Source: Sphingobacterium griseoflavum
GTDB lineage: Bacteria > Pseudomonadota > Gammaproteobacteria > Pseudomonadales > Cellvibrionaceae
DNA: 13,661 nucleotides
Direction of reading: 5' to 3'
Assembly (NCBI GenBank): GCA_052039425.1
Contig: JBQGED010000156.1
Location: forward strand, 1-13,661
The translations under genes and the position numbers were made by a program. Under the pieces are notes generated by a model. The model saw only the letters and a list, made by a program, of their open reading frames with translations, had not been told where the DNA came from and did not search any database. This document shows positions 8,427 through 13,661 of this stretch, piece by piece; within the stretch, counting starts at the first letter, position 1, and every line of letters begins with the position of its first letter.

Positions 8427-9113
8427 TTATTTCTTTTGTTTCAGCCGCTCTAGGATGTCCTGGGCGCTGGAGCCGTTGGAAACGATTCCCGCTTTCTCAA
8501 GTTTGCGCTGCAGATGGTCTTCGCTGGTTTCCTGAGCGAGTTCCGTGGCGGCTTTCATTTGCGCGGATTTCTGCGCTTGTTTTTCTTTAATGCGTTCAAG
8601 AGATTCCATAGCGGTCTGCAATTTGGAATTGGAGCCACTGTGACGCTCGGCCACTGCGGCCTGGGCGCGCTGAACATTTTCCGTGGCTTTTACCGTATCC
8701 ACCTGCTGTTTCAGACGCTTGATATTCTGTTCGGCCTGCTTGACCGCCTCGCGCAGCTGATTGGCGCTGCCGGCAAACTCCTGAGCCATCGCCTCTTCAT
8801 TGCGCAACTGATTCTCGAAATCCGCAATTTTTTGTGCGACCTCCAACGCGAGCGCATCTTCGCCTTTGCTCAACGCCTGGGTCGCGTAACCCTCGTGCTT
8901 AGCAATTTGCTCGCGCAATTGCTGGCACTTTTCCTCCGCCAGTTTTTGCCGCGCGATTATGGCCGCGAGGGAGTCCTTGCTCTGGCGCAACTCCTCCGAC
9001 GCATCGCGCACTTCCTGGTCGAGAATTCTCAACGCCTGGGTGTCCACGATCGCCTCGCCCACTTCCGTGGCTCCACCGCGCAGGGCGGTAATCATTTTGG
9101 CCCATATATTCAT
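8427..9113 (-). CDS. PspA/IM30 (ESCRT-III superfamily) protein, YjfJ-like, 228 aa
   Basis: The ORF track begins at an upstream ATG (9140). I place the start at the ATG at 9111-9113 (MNIWAKMITALRGG…) because GGAG lies about 7 nt upstream and overlaps the stop codon of the preceding gene. The sequence is all-helical and heptad-rich. The C-terminal motifs VKATENVQRAQAAV… and AGIVSNGSSAQDILERLK closely match E. coli YjfJ as I recall it (VVKATEAMQRAQ…AGIGGSNKSSAQDVLARLQ). Confidence 0.85.
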   Translation of the reverse strand: MNIWAKMITALRGGATEVGEAIVDTQALRILDQEVRDASEELRQSKDSLAAIIARQKLAEEKCQQLREQIAKHEGYATQALSKGEDALALEVAQKIADFENQLRNEEAMAQEFAGSANQLREAVKQAEQNIKRLKQQVDTVKATENVQRAQAAVAERHSGSNSKLQTAMESLERIKEKQAQKSAQMKAATELAQETSEDHLQRKLEKAGIVSNGSSAQDILERLKQKK

Positions 9114-9123
9114 AGTCGATCTC

Positions 9124-9774
9124 CTAGGCTTGCGCCTCATTGGGGGTTTTCAAAAAATCCGCATAGGCCTCAGTCGCCTGAATGACGTTCGACGCGAGCA
9201 CCTCAATTTCAAACACTACATTGGCGAGTTCGGAGGCGGAACTCAGGGCACCAAACATATGGTAGTAGTCTTTGCCGTGCGCGAGCGTGTCCAGACTGAT
9301 GGTGGAGAGCGGAAAATATTTATGAGTCCGCAACACCGCATCGTTGAGCCCAACCTGATCAATCACATCGTCCGCAGACCAGAGCACCGACTCTGCAATA
9401 ATCTGATCTCCCGCCACTGTCACAAATACGGGCAGATCGCCGTACTCGTGCATGGTGATATGGAGCGCCGGTTCGACGCCGTCGATCAACGCCAAGGTCG
9501 CCTTGTGCTCGCGGAACAGAGAGGCTCCCTGCAGCGCATCGAACAAAGATTCGGTCGTCCAAGTGTTGGCTGATTCGATCATCATTTTTCCTCCGATGGT
9601 GGCCAAGTCGAGCGTATCGACGGTTTCGCGCAATTGCTTTTCCACATGGGCAAGCAACTTCGCATTTTCCGGGCGAATCCAAACCTCCTTTTTCACCAGA
9701 CCGCTGTCGCGCAGTCGCTTGCGGAATTCCCTCTGGTAGTGGGCGGACGATTTCGCTTTCATGAGACGAACCAT
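9124..9774 (-). CDS. Two-part protein: N-terminal about 63-aa DUF3018-like (ribbon-helix-helix/antitoxin-like) segment in frame with a DUF2170/YjfI-like (YbjN-type chaperone-like) domain; first gene of the operon
   Basis: ATG at 9772-9774 (AAGAAGG just upstream). The N-terminal segment KSSAHYQREFRKRLRDSGLVKKEVWIRPENAKLL resembles DUF3018-type small DNA-binding proteins as I recall them (…SAERMRAYRARLRAAGLRPVQIWVPD…). The C-terminal about 150 aa (…YHMFGALSSASELANVVFEIEVLASNVIQATE…) fits the YjfI/DUF2170 family, which sits directly upstream of yjfJ in E. coli. There is an internal in-frame ATG-ATG at 9585/9582 with a perfect GGAGG 4 nt upstream. Stop is TAG at 9124-9126. Confidence 0.6.
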   Translation of the reverse strand: MVRLMKAKSSAHYQREFRKRLRDSGLVKKEVWIRPENAKLLAHVEKQLRETVDTLDLATIGGKMMIESANTWTTESLFDALQGASLFREHKATLALIDGVEPALHITMHEYGDLPVFVTVAGDQIIAESVLWSADDVIDQVGLNDAVLRTHKYFPLSTISLDTLAHGKDYYHMFGALSSASELANVVFEIEVLASNVIQATEAYADFLKTPNEAQA

Positions 9775-9779
9775 ACCTT

Positions 9780-9839
9780 CTTACATGTAATCTTGTAAAT
9801 ATCATCACATGTAATATTTTGGAATAGATTACATGTGAT
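9780..9839. promoter_or_regulatory. Three operator-like copies of a 12-bp palindrome (consensus ATTACATGTAAT) with centres exactly 24 bp apart, directly upstream of the minus-strand operon
   Basis: Copies at 9780-9791 (CTTACATGTAAT), 9804-9815 (ATCACATGTAAT) and 9828-9839 (ATTACATGTGAT). Each has one mismatch to the perfect palindrome. ACATGT cores are at 9783, 9807 and 9831. The proximal copy ends 6 bp from the start codon and overlaps the RBS. The region is AT-rich. Confidence 0.55.
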
Positions 9840-9940
9840 ACCAAACGGCGAGTTTACACAGATTTCCTCACCCTGTTGCTTCTTATATATCCCTAAGGCA
9901 AAACCCACTGTTGTCGCTACGGCTGCGACGGGCGTAAACC

Positions 9941-9969
9941 TTGACAGCTAGGGACCGTCCCCCTAGCAT
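9941..9969 (+). promoter_or_regulatory. Candidate sigma70 promoter for ispB
   Basis: Perfect -35 TTGACA (9941-9946), 17-bp spacer, -10 TAGCAT (9964-9969), about 35 nt before the ispB ATG. Divergent from the minus-strand operon. Confidence 0.4.
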
Positions 9970-10005
9970 CCACCCCCAATTTCCGACCAACCAAGATTCC
10001 CGCCG

Positions 10006-10968
10006 ATGCTGCCGTTTCAACAAGCTGTCGCCACCGACTTGTCTTTGGTGAACGACATGATCATCAAAGAACTGCATTCCGAAGTCGGCCTGGTGGAAAA
10101 TATAGGCCACTACATAGTGGATGCCGGCGGCAAACGCCTTCGCCCCATCCTGGTTCTACTCACCGCACGCTGCCTGGAATATCCCAAACAGCGCCATATC
10201 GATCTGGCGACCATCATCGAATTTATTCACACCGCCACACTGCTGCACGACGATGTGGTCGATATGTCAGCGCTGCGCCGTGGCCGCCCCACGGCCAACG
10301 CCCAATTCGGTAATGCGCCGAGTGTGCTGGTGGGTGACTTCCTTTATTCCCGCGCGTTTCAGATGCTGGTGCGCCTGGGCAGCATGGAGATCATGGCGAT
10401 CCTGTCCGACACCACCAACGTGATTTCCGAAGGTGAAGTCCAACAGCTGATTAACGCCAAAAACCCTTCGGTGAGCGAGCAGGACTATCTGACCGTTATC
10501 CATAAAAAGACGGCAGCCTTGTTTGAGGCGGCATGTCGCACCGGGGCGGTTCTGGCTGGAGCCGGGGAAGAGCAGAAACAGGCGGCTTTTTTGTTTGGCC
10601 ATCACCTGGGGCTGGCATTTCAGTTGATCGACGATCTGTTGGATTACGAAGGCGATCAGGCGGCGCTAGGAAAAAACATTGGCGACGACTTGGCAGAGGG
10701 CAAACCGACACTGCCGTTGATTCACGCCATGGCACACACCGAAGGCGCCGAACAGGAGCTGATCCGCGACGCCATCACCAACGGCAGGGTCGATCATCTG
10801 GCCGATATTGTGGCGCTGATCCGTCGCTGCGGCAGTCTCGACTACACCCGGCGCAAAGCCCAGGAGCACGCTCAAAAGGCGGAACTCGCTCTGGGCGCAT
10901 TGCCCGACAACTCCTGGCGCAAGGCGATGGAGGAACTCGCCCGCTTTTCGGTTACCAGAGCCTATTGA
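10006..10968 (+). CDS. ispB: Octaprenyl-diphosphate synthase (trans-polyprenyl diphosphate synthase)
   Basis: 320 aa and near-collinear with E. coli IspB. Shared features: GGKRLRP, first DDxxD LLHDDVVD, second DDxxD QLIDDLLDY, GKNIGDDLAEGKPTLP, CGSLDYTRRKA. Confidence 0.93.
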   Translation: MLPFQQAVATDLSLVNDMIIKELHSEVGLVENIGHYIVDAGGKRLRPILVLLTARCLEYPKQRHIDLATIIEFIHTATLLHDDVVDMSALRRGRPTANAQFGNAPSVLVGDFLYSRAFQMLVRLGSMEIMAILSDTTNVISEGEVQQLINAKNPSVSEQDYLTVIHKKTAALFEAACRTGAVLAGAGEEQKQAAFLFGHHLGLAFQLIDDLLDYEGDQAALGKNIGDDLAEGKPTLPLIHAMAHTEGAEQELIRDAITNGRVDHLADIVALIRRCGSLDYTRRKAQEHAQKAELALGALPDNSWRKAMEELARFSVTRAY

Positions 10969-10994
10969 GACATCACCAGCCACGACAACAATTC

Positions 10995-11020
10995 CGCGGG
11001 GATGCTGACCAAGCCCCGCG
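10995..11020 (+). other. GC hairpin in the ispB-pgi intergenic region
   Basis: CGCGGGG (10995-11001) / 12-nt loop / CCCCGCG (11014-11020), with no T-run. Possibly a partial terminator or stability element. Confidence 0.2.
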
Positions 11021-11039
11021 CCCACCCCTGGAGAAATCC

Positions 11040-12683
11040 ATGTCCTACAGCAGACTTTCCGACAAATACACCGTTTGGCCGCAACTGGAGCAACACCGCG
11101 AATCCTGGAAAAGCCAGACACTCGCCAACCTGTTCCGCGATGACGGCAATCGCTGCGCGCGCTTCAGCGTCTCTGCCGCCGGCATCGAGCTGGACTACTC
11201 GAAAAACCACGTCACCACCGAAACCCTGCAACTTCTGCTCGAGGTCGCCCGCCAGGCGGATTTGAGCGGCGCTATCAAAAAGCTACTCAAAGGCGAGCAC
11301 GTCAACGGCACCGAAGACCGCCCCGCTCTGCACACCGCGCTGCGCCACACTGGTACACCGGTGACCCCAGAGCAAAAAGCCGTAGCAGAAACCCTGGACA
11401 AGATGGCTGGCCTGATTACCGCCGTACATGAGGGTCAGTGGACCGGCTACACCGGCCAGCGCATCACCGACGTGATCAATATTGGTATCGGCGGTTCCGA
11501 CCTGGGTCCGCGCATGGTGACCAAGGCGCTGACGCCCTATTTGAACGCAGCCGTTAACGTACACTTCGTAGCGAATATCGACGGCGCCGAGCTCTCCGAC
11601 ACCCTGGCCAAGCTCGATCCCGCCAGCACCCTGTTTATAGTCGCATCCAAATCCTTCTCCACCCAGGAAACACGGGAAAACGCCCTCAGTGCCCGCACCT
11701 GGATGTTGGATGCCGGCTGCCCTCAGCAAGAACTAAGAAAGCACTTTGTCGCCATTTCATCCCGGGTCGATAAAGCGGTGGAATTCGGCATAGCGCAGGA
11801 AAACGTCTACCCGATCTGGGACTGGGTCGGCGGTCGTTATTCCCTTTGGTCCGCCATCGGCATGTCCATTGCCTTTGCCGTGGGCATGGACAACTTCAAC
11901 CGTCTGCGCGCAGGCGCAGAGGCCATGGATAAACATTTCGCGGAGGCTCCGCTGGAGAAGAACCTGCCGGTCCTTATGGGGCTGCTGATGTTTTGGTATA
12001 GCGAGTTCATGGGCTCCAGCACGCAGGCGATCCTGCCTTACGCCCATCACTTGAACCTGCTGCCGTCTTACCTGCAGCAATTGGAGATGGAAAGCAACGG
12101 CAAGAGCGTGACCCGCGACGGCAACCCGGTGGACTACCCTACTGGTGCCATCGTATGGGGTACCGAAGGCACCAACGGCCAGCACTCGTTTCACCAACTG
12201 CTGCATCAAGGTACCAGCCTTGTACCCATCGACTTTATCGCCACGCTGAAAGGTCACGATGAGTTGAAACATCAACACCGCCTGCTATTCGCCAACTGCG
12301 TGGCGCAGAGCCAGGCGCTGCTGACCGGGCGCAATCTGGATATGGCAAAGACCGAGCTGAAAGCGCAAGGCTACAGCGAACAGGAGATCGCCTTCCTGGC
12401 GCCGCACAAGGTTCATCCAGGTAATCGCCCCAGCAACACCATGGTGATGGAAAAGCTGACTCCAGAAACCCTCGGTGCGTTGATCGCCGCCTATGAGCAC
12501 AAGGTGTACACCCTCGGCGTGCTGCTGGACATCAACTCCTTCGACCAATGGGGCGTGGAGCTGGGCAAACTGCTCGGCACTCACGTCAATATCGCCATTG
12601 AAACCACCGATATCCCCGGCGACTGGGATTCCTCCACCCAGCATCTGATCCGCCGTTTCTGCAGCGTCAATTCCGACCTCTAG
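11040..12683 (+). CDS. pgi: Glucose-6-phosphate isomerase
   Basis: Start at ATG 11040 (MSYSRLSDKY…), GGAG 8 nt upstream. The ORF track extends it upstream to 10533, but that extension overlaps ispB. 547 aa, with PGI hallmarks: IGIGGSDLGP, FIVASKSFSTQET, GGRYSLWSAIG, LEMESNGK. Confidence 0.93.
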   Translation: MSYSRLSDKYTVWPQLEQHRESWKSQTLANLFRDDGNRCARFSVSAAGIELDYSKNHVTTETLQLLLEVARQADLSGAIKKLLKGEHVNGTEDRPALHTALRHTGTPVTPEQKAVAETLDKMAGLITAVHEGQWTGYTGQRITDVINIGIGGSDLGPRMVTKALTPYLNAAVNVHFVANIDGAELSDTLAKLDPASTLFIVASKSFSTQETRENALSARTWMLDAGCPQQELRKHFVAISSRVDKAVEFGIAQENVYPIWDWVGGRYSLWSAIGMSIAFAVGMDNFNRLRAGAEAMDKHFAEAPLEKNLPVLMGLLMFWYSEFMGSSTQAILPYAHHLNLLPSYLQQLEMESNGKSVTRDGNPVDYPTGAIVWGTEGTNGQHSFHQLLHQGTSLVPIDFIATLKGHDELKHQHRLLFANCVAQSQALLTGRNLDMAKTELKAQGYSEQEIAFLAPHKVHPGNRPSNTMVMEKLTPETLGALIAAYEHKVYTLGVLLDINSFDQWGVELGKLLGTHVNIAIETTDIPGDWDSSTQHLIRRFCSVNSDL

Positions 12684-12691
12684 CCACCCGA

Positions 12692-12750
12692 AGGGTCCGC
12701 ATCACATCACAAAAGTGAGTGCGGACCCGCTCCGCTCGGCCTTTATTTGT
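12692..12750 (+). terminator. Intrinsic terminator downstream of pgi
   Basis: GGGTCCGCA(T)CAC / loop / GTG(A)GTGCGGACCC stem (12692-12727), followed by GC-rich spacer then CCTTTATTTGTG. The T-tract is interrupted, so strength is moderate. Confidence 0.55.
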
Positions 12751-12843
12751 GACCGATCGTGACAGAATCACTTGAATCGGTGTCAACAGTTGCCCCTATA
12801 ATCGGACAAATTCGAGCAGCGTTTATAACGGCGTCGTATATCC

Positions 12844-13661
12844 ATGGAAAAACTTCCCCCGCGGGCGGGCGTTAGTCTGCAGCCGCAGCACTATCAGGAG
12901 ATCCTGAATTCACACCCCAAAATCGGCTGGGTGGAAATTCATCCCGAAGACTATCTGGGACTGGGCGGAGCAGCGCATTTCTATCTGGAAAAGATCGCCG
13001 GCCACTACCCTTTGGCCATGAACAGCCGCAGCCTGTCCCTGGGCTCGGCGGAAAGCGTCAACAGCAAACATCTGCAAGATATCGCCTCCCTGGTGGAGCG
13101 CTATTCACCTGCACAATTTTCGGAGCACCTCGCCTGGAGTCGCTGGCAGGGCAACTATTTCCACCAAATGTTCCCCCTGCCCTACACCACTGAAAGCCTG
13201 GATCAGGTGAGCTTTAACGTCCGCACGGTACAAAACCGGCTGGGACGACGCATCCTGTTGGAAAACCCCGCCCGCTTTTTCGCCCTTGAAGAAGAATTCA
13301 GCGAGGGCGCGTTTTTCTCCGAACTGGTGCGCTCCAGCGGCTGCGGTCTGTTGTTGGATCTCACCAGTCTCTACATCTCCTGCCTGAATCTCGGTAAAGA
13401 TCCTTTCAAAGAGCTACAGCAGTACCCCCTGGCGGCCGTCAAAGAGATCCATCTTGGAGGCCACACCCTGATGCCGCTGGATGACGACTACATTCTGCTG
13501 GTGGACGATCACAGCACCGCCATCTGCAAACCGGTGTGGCAGCTCTACCGCGAAGCTCTGCTGCAACTGCCAAAGCCGGTTGCCACGCTGATCGAATGGG
13601 ACAGCAAAGCGCCGGAGCTGAGGGTGATTCTGGAGCAGGTGGCGAAAGCGGATCAGATTAT
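12844..13661 (+). CDS. DUF692-family protein (MbnB/HvfB/TglH-like TIM-barrel diiron enzyme of peptide-modification systems), 5' partial (runs off the window)
   Basis: ATG at 12844 after an in-frame TAA. MEKLPPRAGVSLQPQHYQEIL…WVEIHPEDY…SEHLAWS…LLENPARF…CGLLLDLTSLYIS…EIHLGGH matches the conserved DUF692 layout I recall (GVGLR…HY, …VHSENF…, SEHLSWS, LLENPS, CGLLLDVNN, EIHLAGH). It is not in the ORF track because no stop falls inside the window. A TATAAT hexamer is at 12797-12802, but no well-spaced -35. Confidence 0.85.
   Translation, partial: MEKLPPRAGVSLQPQHYQEILNSHPKIGWVEIHPEDYLGLGGAAHFYLEKIAGHYPLAMNSRSLSLGSAESVNSKHLQDIASLVERYSPAQFSEHLAWSRWQGNYFHQMFPLPYTTESLDQVSFNVRTVQNRLGRRILLENPARFFALEEEFSEGAFFSELVRSSGCGLLLDLTSLYISCLNLGKDPFKELQQYPLAAVKEIHLGGHTLMPLDDDYILLVDDHSTAICKPVWQLYREALLQLPKPVATLIEWDSKAPELRVILEQVAKADQI

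Noticed and set aside
9114-9140. Upstream ATG (9140) for the PspA-like gene
   Set aside because: It would overlap the preceding gene's last codons. The ATG at 9113 gives the canonical PspA N-terminus and has an SD overlapping the upstream stop codon.
8514-9573. Plus-strand ORFs 8514..9185 (223 aa) and 8959..9573 (204 aa)
   Set aside because: Both are antisense to the pspA-like and DUF2170-like genes and have no independent support.
9775-9900. Sigma54 (-24 GG / -12 GC) promoter, expected for a PspA-family operon
   Set aside because: The minus strand upstream of the operon has no TGGCAC-N5-TTGCA-like element. The only TGG (TTTGGTATCACATG) lacks a GC at the required +12 spacing.
9359-10110. 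Minus-strand ORFs 9359..9844 (161 aa) and 9883..10110 (75 aa)
   Set aside because: The first is an alternative frame overlapping the DUF3018/DUF2170 gene and running through the operator region. The second overlaps the ispB start in antisense. Neither has an RBS or recognisable domains.
10533-11039. N-terminal 169-aa extension of the pgi ORF, giving 716 aa in the track
   Set aside because: The extension overlaps the ispB coding region in another frame and is Arg/Gly-rich with no similarity to PGI. Conserved PGI begins at MSYSRL (ATG 11040) with GGAG upstream.
10666-12644. Minus-strand ORFs inside ispB/pgi (10666..11121, 11283..11729, 11757..12278, 12285..12644)
   Set aside because: All are antisense shadows of two confidently identified housekeeping genes.
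12771-12802. Sigma70 promoter TTGAAT…TATAAT upstream of the DUF692 gene
   Set aside because: The TATAAT at 12797-12802 is perfect, but the only TTGAAT-like -35 (12771-12776) is 20 bp away. That is too far for a canonical promoter, so only the -10 hexamer is noted.
1-13661. Mobile elements, CRISPR arrays, tRNA/rRNA genes
   Set aside because: No terminal inverted repeats, no transposase or integrase motifs, no short regularly spaced repeats other than the three operator palindromes and one 17-bp duplication, and no tRNA-like cloverleaf signatures were seen.

Overview
The window (13,661 bp, mid-50s %GC) has gammaproteobacterial-looking housekeeping genes. It splits into two parts around a divergent promoter region at about 9775-10005.

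Left part (202-9774, minus strand): five co-directional genes that look like one operon. Read 5' to 3' they are:
- a DUF3018-like/DUF2170 (YjfI-like) protein;
- a PspA/IM30-family protein (YjfJ-like);
- an NfeD-family membrane protein (YqiJ-like);
- a 657-aa SPFH/flotillin (YqiK-like);
- a 1773-aa protein with a MoxR/AAA_5-type AAA+ ATPase core, a large N-terminal beta-rich domain and about 750 aa of coiled-coil.

The operon is preceded by three copies of a 12-bp palindrome (ATTACATGTAAT) phased exactly 24 bp apart. It ends at a strong bidirectional intrinsic terminator (153-184), which also closes a gene fragment entering from the left edge.

Right part (plus strand): ispB (octaprenyl-diphosphate synthase), pgi (glucose-6-phosphate isomerase) with an intrinsic terminator, then the 5' part of a DUF692 (MbnB/HvfB-like) gene running off the window.

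No tRNA, rRNA, CRISPR array, transposase or integrase signatures were seen.

The most interesting object is the composite operon. It merges two E. coli-type pairs (yjfIJ and yqiJK) with a giant AAA+ ATPase. I cannot assign the ATPase to a characterised system from memory. Novelty cannot be established without database searches.
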